From Tetramitus jugosus (lineage: Eukaryota; Protista; Heterolobosea): a stretch of DNA of 64,000 nt. The stretch covers positions 186,001 to 250,000 of the forward strand of contig OW569386.1 of assembly GCA_937625935.1 (NCBI GenBank). The letters run 5' to 3'. A model generated the notes under the pieces. It worked only from the letters and a program-made list of their open reading frames with translations. It ran no database searches and was not told where the DNA came from. Positions 35,292-46,745 of the stretch are shown one piece after another. The position numbers were made by a program, and so were the translations under genes. Positions within the stretch are counted from its first letter, which is position 1, and the number at the start of each line of letters is the position of its first letter.

Positions 35292-36710
35292 ATGAAGAAT
35301 TGGATTGCCATTGTGGAAGATTGTCAATCTCAAGCAGATCACAAGCAACTCGTTCAAGATGCACTCGAAAGCAAGGACTCTGAGTTGATTGCTCTCTTCC
35401 TCACGTATTTTTCTCCGCCAAAATCGCGTCAATTTCGCGCACTCGTGACCGATCGGGAATTACGACTGAGCTTCCTGCAAAATGTGGAATCGGAGAACAT
35501 TGACGTTGATCAATCTCTAGGTCACTACATGAACTTTTTGCTTCAATGCTTGAGAGACGATTCACCAGTCGTTCAACAGGCAGCTCTTAGTCACTTGCAA
35601 GAGGAATTTGTAGATTTGTTGGATGATGCCAATGCTTCTACTGCCATGAGGGAACAAACTGAATGCACCAAATTGTTCAAACAACTGGTTACAAAGCTCA
35701 TGTACATGAGTATCAAGAGAACACCAGATGCAAAGGTTCGAAGCAACGCTTTAGCTACTATCGATCTCATTGCAACTGCTTCACTTGATGCCAGTAGTCA
35801 ATTGTTTGATGTTTTGGATCATTTCATTCAGAATACGGTATCAGGCAATGCAACTGACTCGGAAAAGGAAGCATGCATAACGGTTCTTGGTCAACTCTGT
35901 TCCTATGAACAGTTTGAATTAATGTTGGACTTTGATTGGATCAGTGATCAGATGATTAAGAGTCAAAATTTGGATATTGTGGAAGCTGCTTGTTGGACAT
36001 TGAGTCGTTTCCCAAAGGAGTTTGTTGGATTCTTGTTAACATTTGAGAGATTTGAAGTGTTGAATGCAGTGTGTTCCTACTTGACTCATGAAAGTGCTTC
36101 CTTGAGGAGCTGTGCGATTCATTCATTGATTACTTTGTTGAGCACATGCCAAGAGGAATTCCATGAGCATTTCCAGTCCTATACAAGCACGATACAACAA
36201 GCGATTCCAAAATCGTTTGACATGGCAGTTTCAGAAGATGCCAATAATGAGAAATTAGAGGCGATCACTCCTCTATTCGATCTATCTACACTAACATTTG
36301 CCATTTTGAACAATTTACATGACGAGTATGATGCAAACATGAAGTCTGTAGTTGAGAGGTACTTTGGCTCGCACAATAATGACAATTATGTCACAGCTGG
36401 TGTCGTTCGGAATTTATGTATCATATTGACTCAGATGAGAACGATGAACGAGACTGTGGCATTCGCGATAGAAAGAGTGTATGACATACTACAAGGTCAA
36501 TCATTGACCACTGACCTCGAAGAGGATGACGCATCATATCTGCTCATCAAATGCTCACTGGAACTCTTGATACTGTACGTGGAAATTATCAGAGAAGATT
36601 CGGCCACCATTGACACCAAACGAAACTTTATTCAAGAACATGCCATAACAAAGTACAAGGACATCTTTCAGGATCAAACCCAAGCATTACAAAAACTTCT
36701 CAACCCTTAA
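35292..36710 (+). CDS. HEAT/ARM-repeat protein (importin-beta-like repeats)
   Basis: LRDDSPVVQQAAL, DAKVRSNALATI, VEAACWTLSRF and LTHESASLRSCAI repeats. Confidence 0.7.
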   Translation: MKNWIAIVEDCQSQADHKQLVQDALESKDSELIALFLTYFSPPKSRQFRALVTDRELRLSFLQNVESENIDVDQSLGHYMNFLLQCLRDDSPVVQQAALSHLQEEFVDLLDDANASTAMREQTECTKLFKQLVTKLMYMSIKRTPDAKVRSNALATIDLIATASLDASSQLFDVLDHFIQNTVSGNATDSEKEACITVLGQLCSYEQFELMLDFDWISDQMIKSQNLDIVEAACWTLSRFPKEFVGFLLTFERFEVLNAVCSYLTHESASLRSCAIHSLITLLSTCQEEFHEHFQSYTSTIQQAIPKSFDMAVSEDANNEKLEAITPLFDLSTLTFAILNNLHDEYDANMKSVVERYFGSHNNDNYVTAGVVRNLCIILTQMRTMNETVAFAIERVYDILQGQSLTTDLEEDDASYLLIKCSLELLILYVEIIREDSATIDTKRNFIQEHAITKYKDIFQDQTQALQKLLNP

Positions 36711-36982
36711 ACCTTGCAATACAACAGTCAAGAATTCCACCACTCCAAAAAACGGAGAGGAACAAAGGAACAGAATGAGATTCGAACATTCAGGCCAGGG
36801 AACCAAAAAAAAAACGACCACAACATCAAAAAACTTTCAAGTCTTCACACGCCAAAAACACGTTCGCGACATCAAATTAGCATCCAATCCTATCAACAAC
36901 AACAATAACATTTCTCAAAAAGAGCGAATCAACACCACCAACAACAACCATCTCGAGATTTGAATTGAACACACACATCGGT

Positions 36983-39493
36983 ATGAGCATTCCTGCCTCC
37001 GCCTCCGCCGCCGCCACCTCTTCAACAACAATAACATTCAATAAGAATGAACAACAACAATCATCATCAACATCAACATCATCATCATTGCCAACACTGA
37101 TCCTCCAACACAAGATTAATCGATTGACCGATACACTTCCCACATACAGTTCTCTCTTTTCCACCACTACTCCCACCACTACATATGCGGCTCAACAACA
37201 AAAAGTCAATTCTCAAATCACATCTTCATCATCATCATCATCATCATCATCAACAACTACACTATCATCGATCAATACCACTATATCACCACCAATTTTG
37301 ATGAACACCACCCATTCAACAACAACAGCTACAACAGCTACAACCATGGACAATGATCCCTTTTTTCAACAACAACACGCACTCTATCATTATTTATTAC
37401 AGTTGATTCGGCAGGAAGAAGCAAAAGAAGAAGTAAAAGCAGAAGAAGGTTCAACAACAACAACAACAACAACAACAGAAAATGTAATGCAACAATGTAT
37501 ATTATTCCTATCGAACAAGTATCAATCCATTGTACAACAACAAAAACAACAATTGTCATCGTCATCATCATCATCATTGACGGAGAATTATCATCATCAT
37601 CAACAGAATAGTGGACCATTGACATTGGAACAGTTACAGACGATATCACAGGAGAAGATGGTTCAAACATTTGAGTTACTCATGAATCGATTTAGTGAAC
37701 GATTATTGGCGCACTATCGAACTTTGATTCAAAACAAGAATGATGTGAGTAATGAAGCGAGAGTGAGTAGTAGTAGGAGTAGTAGTAGTGGTGATGAAGA
37801 AGAAGAAGGTGGTGCTGGTAGTGCTGATGTAGATGATGAAAGCATGTTGATTGCGTCAGTGATTGAAAAATACATGATGGAAGATTACTTGTATGAGCAT
37901 GTGTTTGTCTCGTGTGCACAAGACGCGCAATACGATGATAATTTGAGTGAGAAATTGAACATTTTTGCAACGATTATTCAACCGAAACATCTCGATATTC
38001 AACTATGTTCTCAAACGAATGAATCAAGTGGTGTAAGTAGTGCTAGTGGTGGTGGTGGTGGTGCAATGAATCACGCGAGTCAAACGATGATGAATACGGT
38101 GCGATTGATCATGAGTGAAGGATTTAGGCGATCGGTCAAATGGTTCCGCGCAATGAACAAGCACAAGACTGTGTGTGCAAAGATGAAGTGCCTGGAGTTG
38201 TCATTCAAGAGCTTGTTTCACATTGAGTCAATGGAACAAATGGATGGTGACAGTCTCATCTCTCTCATTATTTTCCTCACAATGTATAGCAATATGCGAC
38301 ACTTGCATTCGACAATGGAGTATCTCATTGTGTATGTGGAGGCGTTTTATCCAATGGCAATGATGGGTCAGTGGGGCTACTTTCTAACGAACCTGTCCGT
38401 GGCAGTCTCCTGGTGGAAATCAATTAATATCACTGAAGAACCATTGTCCACGTATTTCAAGTCTGATGCGTTGAGTGCGATGGATGTGGAGCAGTTGATT
38501 CGCCGGTGGAATATCGTTTATGGTACCAAACTGAAACCAGATGCTGATTTCGTAATGTTTGAGGACAAGAATCAGCGTGTCAATTCTGATAATATCAATA
38601 TGGTCATAGAGGCAACTCCTGCTCGAACCATACGGCGAGGAAGTGTCAATAGTGATACAACCAATGTAGTGAACGCGAATGGCAGTTGCAACACTGATTC
38701 AACAATTGTTGTGGTTGATGATGATGTGAATTCGTTGAATCGGAGCTCTGAGTCATCGTCTGTGGCTGGCGTAGATGGCGGTCAAGGCAATGATTACGAA
38801 GACGACAGTTTCACGGACCACATGAGCATCTATTCTGATTCGGCAGCAGTGCTTGTGACACGGTTCTTTGACGATGATGATGATGAAGATGATGCTGGAG
38901 ATGATAATGGTGAGTATGGTGATGTCAATTCGGACATGACTCGGAGTTGTTACTCTGATATCAGTGCATCGTACTTGAATTATCACTGGCGGCCCAAACC
39001 CATTACCGCAAATCTGGCTAACAACAGTTTTGTGGACAAGAATCTCGTTTCGTGGAATTATGTGCCAAGCCCACCGCTCAATGACGGCTCGATAAAACAA
39101 CCACATTCACTAACGGTGCAAACTAGCATGGGTCGAAGATTGGTGCACCATAACAGGCAACATCATCGAACACTCTCTGATCCATCCATGTCAGACCTGT
39201 CGCTCAAGAGACAAAGAGGTACCACTGGAGCACTTAATGTGCCAGCCACACAGCAATTGCAACAAAAGCAATTCAAACCACACCGCAATTCACCAATGAA
39301 GGGTATGTTCTCGTGGCTGAAACGGTCATCCGGTCCAAAACCGATTCGAGCTCGCACAGACAGTCCTAGACGACCAAACTCTCCACCAGACTCTCCCGTA
39401 TACACTCAGGATATATTCTTGGTCGAACAAGAGTTGAGCAGTCGATTAGGCACACCGACCGAAGGCCACAACAACAATAAAATCTATGACTAG
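36983..39493 (+). CDS. VPS9-domain Rab5 GEF
   Basis: I.PKHLDI, K..CL, MDGDSLISLIIF, LHSTMEYL, GQWGYFLTNLSVAV. Confidence 0.85.
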   Translation: MSIPASASAAATSSTTITFNKNEQQQSSSTSTSSSLPTLILQHKINRLTDTLPTYSSLFSTTTPTTTYAAQQQKVNSQITSSSSSSSSSSTTTLSSINTTISPPILMNTTHSTTTATTATTMDNDPFFQQQHALYHYLLQLIRQEEAKEEVKAEEGSTTTTTTTTENVMQQCILFLSNKYQSIVQQQKQQLSSSSSSSLTENYHHHQQNSGPLTLEQLQTISQEKMVQTFELLMNRFSERLLAHYRTLIQNKNDVSNEARVSSSRSSSSGDEEEEGGAGSADVDDESMLIASVIEKYMMEDYLYEHVFVSCAQDAQYDDNLSEKLNIFATIIQPKHLDIQLCSQTNESSGVSSASGGGGGAMNHASQTMMNTVRLIMSEGFRRSVKWFRAMNKHKTVCAKMKCLELSFKSLFHIESMEQMDGDSLISLIIFLTMYSNMRHLHSTMEYLIVYVEAFYPMAMMGQWGYFLTNLSVAVSWWKSINITEEPLSTYFKSDALSAMDVEQLIRRWNIVYGTKLKPDADFVMFEDKNQRVNSDNINMVIEATPARTIRRGSVNSDTTNVVNANGSCNTDSTIVVVDDDVNSLNRSSESSSVAGVDGGQGNDYEDDSFTDHMSIYSDSAAVLVTRFFDDDDDEDDAGDDNGEYGDVNSDMTRSCYSDISASYLNYHWRPKPITANLANNSFVDKNLVSWNYVPSPPLNDGSIKQPHSLTVQTSMGRRLVHHNRQHHRTLSDPSMSDLSLKRQRGTTGALNVPATQQLQQKQFKPHRNSPMKGMFSWLKRSSGPKPIRARTDSPRRPNSPPDSPVYTQDIFLVEQELSSRLGTPTEGHNNNKIYD

Positions 39494-39519
39494 ATGACTG
39501 ACCTGCCCAAATCTTGTTT

Positions 39520-41500
39520 CGTTGATAGTAGAAACTTCAAGTTCAAACGTTCGTTAAATGTGAGATTTCTTGTGTAGCACCGCACAGCGGAAAAAAAGTC
39601 ATCTTTCCAGAAATGGAATGATTGGGAAACACCGCTGTCTCTCGTCAACCAATAACTCAACCGTTCTTTATTAGTGGATACAAAGGAACTATCGATTTTG
39701 ATATATCCTCCACATTTCAGCAATACCTGCTGTCGGCATTGTTTCAAGGTGGTGAACTCTGTGCGAGAAGCATAGAGTTTAATCTTACGTCTTGTAAGAC
39801 CGTGGAGGACTTTGGTGAAGAACAAATTTACGTTTCATCAATAGCGCTTGAAGTTGATTCCCTTCAATGATTGGTCACAGTCTCGGAGAGTACAATGCTT
39901 CCTTATCCTTGTGTCGAGATCAAAACGATTGTAAAAAGGATATTCGAATTGATTATTGTCAATACAGTTATCTATGATTTATTCGATAGTTCTAAAAGCT
40001 TTTAGAATGTTAATACACAGTTCTTGACGTGGTTTCTTTGTTTAAAGGTCGTCTTTGTGTGAGTGATCAGATCAACTCGCCTCCTTGGTGCTCGTTCAAC
40101 TATCATCGATTAAAGATACTGCGAAGCATGATTCTTCAGAGTCTGATGCGACAGTACAAGTACCGGATTTTCCCGCGATGATAAATATTTCCTGGATCTT
40201 CTGAACAATCGCAACAAATGGTCATTCATTTATTTATTGACGGCTCGACAATTAATCCAGTTCTTTTGAGAACATTAGAAATGTTTTTGAGTTGTATTGT
40301 CCTTGTGTTTGGTATGGAAGTGTTCATGAAGTTTTAATTGTTTTCATGCTGTTAATTGCTTCTAATTGTAGCATGTTTGAGGAGAAAGATTGTTATACCC
40401 CGACCGAACCACGAAAAACAACTGGTTCAACCAAAACACACGCACAACAACCCAAACACCCAAACAACCAAAACAGCGTCTCTGACGAGATGATTTTTCC
40501 ACAAGGATCAAAAGAACAAAACGGCAAAACAACCATTAAACAATGCCAAGACAGAGTTCTTAAAAAGAAAAAGTTCAATAGGACATGTGGTGAGTAGCAA
40601 GAATTGGTTCAAGACGCACCAGCCATTCCTTGTACTTCTCCTTCCTTTTTTCGTTCTTCCTTTTCCTTCAGCGCGTCTCTTTCTCACAATTTCCGGAACC
40701 GGATGAACGGTTTTTTTCAGTTCTGTTCCAGACATTCCCATGCTCAACGGTGAGTGACCACCGGCGAGGGACCATCTATCAGTTTCCTCTAAGCTGCGGA
40801 ATTGGTGAAGTTGTAAGACTGTCTTGAGTCCCTTTACAACACCATCTTACTCGGTTTTAAAAGCACCTGTCATTTTCTCTGTTTGATTCAACCCACACAA
40901 CAAATACAACAGCACTATGCCTCAGGGTGCGTCTAAAGACGGCAAGAAAGAGAAAGAGAGAGACTGTCAAAAAGGATGAATACTCATCACATTCCGTGGT
41001 CAAGGTCGGTCTGAAGTCTCTATTGTTGCATCCAACTCTGTTACCAATCATACAAACTCAAGCTCTGGATACTACAAGGATTGCTCTTCGACTCACAAGA
41101 TTTAAACATATTCGTTTTGAGACACTTGGAATCTAACTATCAAATTCCTTTATTAGATCAAAGAGTCAACATACTAACTCTCTCATTGATATTCAAAAGA
41201 CCCAAGAGATGGCTGAATTCTTTAGGCAAGTCAGAAGGATGTATGCCTTCATGAATCATCTATTCAAGGAATATGAATGATGGGAATGCAAAACATCTGC
41301 ATACTACAATGTGAATATTAAAAACCTAAGAACCCGCCTGAATTGGTTAATAACCTAGGTCTTTCCTTTCTTGTGGAGCTTCAAGCATTGAATCATGCGA
41401 TCAATACTCGCGAAGCAAGGAGAACGGACTGAAAAGCTAAGGTCTCATTGTTCCATCACACAAGCAGTTCTGGTATCGATGCGAGGTGCTTGGATGTACC
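39520..41500. pseudogene. Heavily decayed coding relics, possibly F-box genes on both strands
   Basis: Broken frames with F-box-like tails: KNWINCRAVNK (minus, ~40230-40270) and IYQF..LRNW*SCKTV (plus, ~40775-40825). No intact ORF. Confidence 0.3.
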
Positions 41501-42249
41501 CATAAGCCGTGCAAGAACCACGGGAGTTTAGAGATTCATTTCGTTCGTGAACATAAAATGACATGTGATGATGCAGCGATGAAAGGTGGTAAAAGCTGAC
41601 AGTATTAAAACCGTGGTCAAACAAAGATGTGATGATAGAATGTGTAGCGCGAGAGGAGCATCCAACAACATGGAAGTGTTTCAGATAAACCCCATAATTT
41701 GTTTAGGGGATTGTGATACTGCCAACGGCTATAAGTTTTCTGATGGCCATTTAACTGGCTCTTTGGTCTGAGATAAACTCGAAAATTGTTTCTTCGAAGG
41801 TCAATCACCCCTACCTATTGCCAGTAATAGCTGACGCAAAGAGGTGTTGGCAGTCCAAGTGCATAGAAGTCCATGGAATTTGTCCCAAAGATGTTGTTGT
41901 GTGCAGGTATTGGACTTTTTTATTACGAGTGGCGCCCCCATTCCCATTACAAACAAGATGTGAAGATTGTCAAGAAGGGTATCTTATTGTCCGTTACATT
42001 CAAAACCCGAAGTAGAATTGAAACAAAAAAACAAAAAACAAAAAAGGAACAGTGGGGAATTTTTTTGATGGATGAGTTCTCAGATGACGCCTATTTGATA
42101 GAAGATCATAACGAAGAAATTCAAGAGCTGAAATACAAAGTTCAAGATCAAGAAAAAAGAATAGAGCTCCTTGAAAAACCGTTGCTCTTCTCACGAAGAA
42201 AATCGGAAAATCAAAAAACCCAAAAAAATAAAGAAAAGTATATTTATAA

Positions 42250-43440
42250 CCATTTCTGATGCTACCATACAAAACGTGTTTCCTGCCCATCTTTTTAACT
42301 TCCAAAGATTGTGGATGTTAAGAAGTACTTCAAAGTAGTTACAGTTTGATACCGAAAAAAGAGGAAGCAACCAATTTCCATCTGCGTGGAGAGCGTCGAT
42401 ATTTTTATCACCGACTCATCATCTGTTTCATTCGAACTTGTTCCATTCCATGTAACAACAGCTTGGAGTTCTTTGAATGATGGAATAGATGTCTGTGTGT
42501 TTTGTTGGAGAACTCCCATATCGTCAAGACATCAAAGTGACGATACCATGATCAACACCAATCAAATATTCAGCACTTTCATTCAATTTTGCTTCTTTAA
42601 TGTCCTTGGATTCCTTTGCTTTGTTATTCTTATGATGTCCAATTAGCTCGTGTCTGAATTTTCTTTGTCACAAATGATTCATCAATTACTTCGTCAGTTT
42701 TAGCGCCAACAAGTGTTTGAACCTCTCGGATCAACACAGGAATAGTCTCTACCAACTCTCTTGGAGGCAATTTGATAAAATCATGGACTGAAGTGCTAAA
42801 TGTCTTCTGATAAGGTATTCAACAACCCTTCTTTGTTCTGACTTTGCGATAGATGAGTCAGATTAGTTGATTCATTCTGACCCTCATATTCTTCCTTAGT
42901 CTTGGTTCCAATGTGAACTTGACCATGTTGGAGATGTTGACATCGAGAGATCTGGCAACATAATTGATGGATGTGGCAAAACTCTTATAAATCATTCTGA
43001 CCTTGACTACTACATAGTCCATGTTGACAGACTCGTTGATGAGACTTAAGTTAAGGATCTTATGACCGAGGGTGATGATGTTTTTCCTCACTACACTTGG
43101 TCTCGACAAATTGCTCTTCCATGATGTGTTGTCGAAGAGTCGAGTGTTCATTGAAAAGCCTCGTAGGCCAATGAATACTTTGATGAGAAGGTCTACATTA
43201 ACCAGAGGAGTGAAATACAGTCATGGATTGACGACCGAGAATCGGTTGTCCTTTATTAAATTACTCTTTGGTGTTTCAAGGCAAACTTTTTCCTTGGATT
43301 TGGGTCATGTTCTACCAAAAAATATGGTGGTAGACTGCTAACTCCTAGTATGTGCAGCCAAGAGGAGTTCGATCATCACCAAAAACTGGAAAGAGTCATT
43401 GTTGCGTCATTGGTTCCATGAAGAGGTTTCAGATTTAGTC
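42250..43440 (-). mobile_element. Fanzor1 (TnpB-derived) nuclease relic, internally deleted and 3'-truncated
   Basis: Ordered fragments: TMTLSSF, NMTQIQ, FTPLVNVDLLIKVF, REC-like TSINYVARSLDVNISNMVKFTLEPRLRKNM (SINY at 42971-42960), RuvC-I-like YLIGVDHGIVTLMS (42562-42545) and NYFEVLL...LWKLKRW. Several stop codons. Confidence 0.5.
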
Positions 43441-43949
43441 CCCTACCTCACTTTTGTTGTCTGTGGCCTTCTTACTAATTTGTATTTGATCAAAAATATT
43501 AAATACGAACAAAGGAATCAATAGAGCAGAGGGATATCTAGAATCTCAGCGATCAAAAATAGGAAAAATAAAATATTCATTCCCTAAAATAGTTTCAATG
43601 TTCGATGACTTCCGTTGCAGTAAAAAAAGATTTATTTATTCATATTTACATTCATACAGGAAAAGAATGAAAATTTTCTCACCTACACCGCTTACCGTCG
43701 ACTTCCGACCAAAAACATTAATCACAAGAAAAAGACCAAACCGTGTTGCAGTGCGCAAGACACACGATGAGGAAACTGACCTCACCAGGTGATGTCATCA
43801 AGTTGAAACAACATCAACACCGTCACAACAATCGTCACCACTCAAGATTTACCTACATTGATTCAGATTATTCGAGGTTCTGAGGAAACCGATTTTGTGT
43901 TGTCAAAAGAGAGTTTGTTGTACATATTGCTACAGCGGAGTTCAAAAAC

Positions 43950-45000
43950 CTATTCCCCAGCTTTGAACAAATATGAATAACACATTTTCCTGTAAATTCG
44001 AACGTTACATTAATTCTTCTACTAGGACTGGGATCAAGAACCCCCTATGAAAGACCGCTTGGTTGCTGAATCTCCCACATCAGGTCGTAGGCAGGGAGGG
44101 GTCAGAGTTGAATATAATATCTGGACGCTTCCCAGCCAACTATCTTTCAGATACCCGAGAGATTCTACTACTCCTGAATCTTGATACAAGATCAATCATT
44201 GATATGAATATATGATTTGCTGGTTGCAGATGGTGATTGATCAGTGTGTTACTGCATGATTTGAATACTTGAGTGAAATCCACAAAGTGGAACCATGGTG
44301 TACCGTATTTTTTGGAGTGACCAATTATTCAAAACGGCTTCAGAGGGTTGCAGACAAGTCCCCGTCAGAGCAGCTCCCAATAATCTCACACACCAGGTTG
44401 GTATGTTAGAATTGTGAGCTTCATAAGTAGATTGATGGAGAACCTTAGACCTCCATTACAGGATGTCCAAGTCTGATTGTCGAATTGCCATCCAACGATT
44501 ATAAATGAAATTGAATCAGTTCATTGCCCAAAATTTCACTGAGAGTTTGTCTTGATCTCTCTACATTCATTGCATGCTTGCGCTTTGCCTCTGATCATTC
44601 TCAGATATGTCACAGCTCTGTGTTTATTGTTTTCAACAAGCAATGCCACAGTTTGACTCCTACCATTGACCAAGTTAATTCCTGCTGAGCAGTACGAATG
44701 GAAAAGGCGGATGCATCGAAACCTTGACATTGAGAAGTTGGCTCACATTTTTGAGATATCATAGGTTGAGTTACAACATCATGCCGTACTCTTGTGTGTC
44801 TTCTTTTCATTTTTTTCTTTCATTCTCTGACACGAGTTGTGTTCCATTTGGGTTGTTGTATTCATCTTCCATGTTTTCCCATAGCAATGCATCATTTTCC
44901 TCCAACAAAAAACAAAACTTCCTAAGAAAAGGTTCCAAAGGTGTACCTGTTGCAGAAATGGTTAGTTTTTTTCATCATGTGATTCACGACTGTTGGTTGT
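43950..45000 (-). pseudogene. Decayed member of a locally repeated gene family (copy 1 of 3)
   Basis: 43987-44132 shares CCTGTAAATTCGAA.GTTA..TAATTCTTCTAC.AGGA, CCCCCTATGAA and AATATCTGGACGCTTCC with 57215-57343. Confidence 0.55.
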
Positions 45001-45231
45001 ATTCTGGCACCACAATTTGTTGAAAACGCAAAATTTTGACGGTTTATGTGAAATGGTACAATTTATAGAGGAAGAAAAAGGTCGCAAAAGAATTAATCAA
45101 AATGGTGGAACACCTCCAAGGCTCACTCCATCAAGCTGCTATGTAAGTCCCGATTATGTAGGAGCGTTAAGGTGTCTTATCGGGAAACCATAATGTTTTT
45201 ATTATGGCTTGATAGACAGTAGACCGCAACC

Positions 45232-46473
45232 TTAAAAACCTTCATCGAAATACGATCCCCAGGCCTCCTCTCGCCCTGTGCCCCACTTTAGTTCGTGAAC
45301 AACAATCTTCTCGCCACAACAAAAGATCCAAGTCTTGTGCGACCACACCTTCTTCAGGATGAGTTGCACGGTTCTTGCGCCAGTGCTCTCAATCCCACAA
45401 GTGCATCTCACCATGAATATCATTGTGACTACGGCGACAACAATGTTGAAGAAAGAGAGAATCGGAATCGAGATCATCCAAGCTTCTAGGTCTGCCCGAT
45501 GCCTCAGAACTGTCACTCCAAAATAAATTTGACTCGCCAAGAACCCAGCCTGGAGAATAATCATACCCAATCCAGAAAACAGAGTTAGGAATACGCTACG
45601 ATAGCTAGTCAAATGCTGCGCGAGTATGTGGGCTACCCCATAAGTTTTGTGGTACTTGCAATATTCAGTCACCATATTTCCTGTGGGCTCATGTCTGGCA
45701 ATATATCTTTCCTCATAGGGTTCTTCTGTGTACTCAGCGATATACTTTTCCACGAATGACACCTCTTTGTACCCAGCAATGTACGACTCTTCATAAGGTA
45801 CATTCTCATAACCATCCTGGACTGTTTCTGTGTATTCTTCAGTTCCATCCTCCACTCGAGTAGGGACAGTTTCGGTCACGTATTGGCCATCCGGGATAAC
45901 TCTCGTTCTTGGAACCTGTCTGGATTTGTACACCTGTCTGCTGGCGGGTTCGCTTCTGTATTCAGTGGTGAAATAATTATTTCCACTGGAGCTGTAGGTG
46001 TAAGAGATGTGTTCTTTTTGGTAGGCAACCTGTTGGTAGTAGAATTCAGTTTCATAATAATACTCAGTGTCATAGTAGGTCTCGGTCCTGGATGTATCTT
46101 TCCAGACAGAGCGGGTCTCATTGACGGTTTTGTATTTGGGTCTGGTCTTCTGTACTTGCTTGTAAACGGGCCTTTGTTTGTATGCGATTCTGGTTTTATG
46201 AATGGGCTCCTTTTTTTTTGCAGGACGTTCTTTGTAAACGGGTTTCTGTCTCGTGGTCATCCTGGTGGCATAAATGGGTTTCATTTCTGGTTTCTTCAAG
46301 GGCATGGTCTCAGTTTGTCCTGAATCATACACTAATCTCCGGGCTAGGCACATGAGGATGCCCCGAATAATGAAAAAGAGAAGGAGACCAATCAGGGACA
46401 GCAGAAGTGGTGCAAAAACTGTTGCCCCAAACAGCGAGGAAGAGACAATAGCATATTTGATGGATAATATCAT
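45232..46473 (-). CDS. Novel membrane protein with a giant mirror-repeat beta-hairpin loop
   Basis: 413 aa from ATG 46473. TM segment(s), then basic PxY repeats, SSSGNN turn, acidic Ix(G/E)Y repeats, then two TM helices. Confidence 0.75.
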   Translation of the reverse strand: MILSIKYAIVSSSLFGATVFAPLLLSLIGLLLFFIIRGILMCLARRLVYDSGQTETMPLKKPEMKPIYATRMTTRQKPVYKERPAKKKEPIHKTRIAYKQRPVYKQVQKTRPKYKTVNETRSVWKDTSRTETYYDTEYYYETEFYYQQVAYQKEHISYTYSSSGNNYFTTEYRSEPASRQVYKSRQVPRTRVIPDGQYVTETVPTRVEDGTEEYTETVQDGYENVPYEESYIAGYKEVSFVEKYIAEYTEEPYEERYIARHEPTGNMVTEYCKYHKTYGVAHILAQHLTSYRSVFLTLFSGLGMIILQAGFLASQIYFGVTVLRHRADLEAWMISIPILSFFNIVVAVVTMIFMVRCTCGIESTGARTVQLILKKVWSHKTWIFCCGEKIVVHELKWGTGREEAWGSYFDEGF

Positions 46474-46745
46474 TCTTCTTCCTGAACTTGGGTTGGTAAA
46501 GGGTTTGGGTTTGTTTTTTGGTTGGACTGATGTGATCCCTGTTCTTCTTCCGAAATTCGGCCTCTCACTTGTCAAACTAAGGGGAGTAAACACTCCGACT
46601 CCAAGTACTCCAACCAGCATCCATGGCTAAGACATAACGCTGGTATGTCATCTGGTTTTTCACCCGAAGAACGGAGTCTTGGTTGATCTTCCTTTTCTGA
46701 ACAAAAACTCCATCTCGAATTCTCCTCACATTCGAACAAACAAAA

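Noticed and set aside
1956-38100. Many antisense or shadow ORFs rich in V/L/I/C/D (for example 1956-2303, 32160-32657, 37338-37670)
   Set aside because: They are by-products of trinucleotide repeats encoding poly-Q/N/T/H/S in the real genes.
41540-42260. Cys-rich short ORFs as a transposase or the Fanzor zinc finger
   Set aside because: They are on the wrong strand for the Fanzor relic and have no recognisable catalytic motif.
43660-43980. Possible ASCH-domain relic (VRK...PGDVIKL)
   Set aside because: Too short and frameshifted to support.
45146-45185. TCCCGAT...ATCGGGA stem as an ncRNA
   Set aside because: A single 7-bp stem with no other supporting motif; expected by chance.
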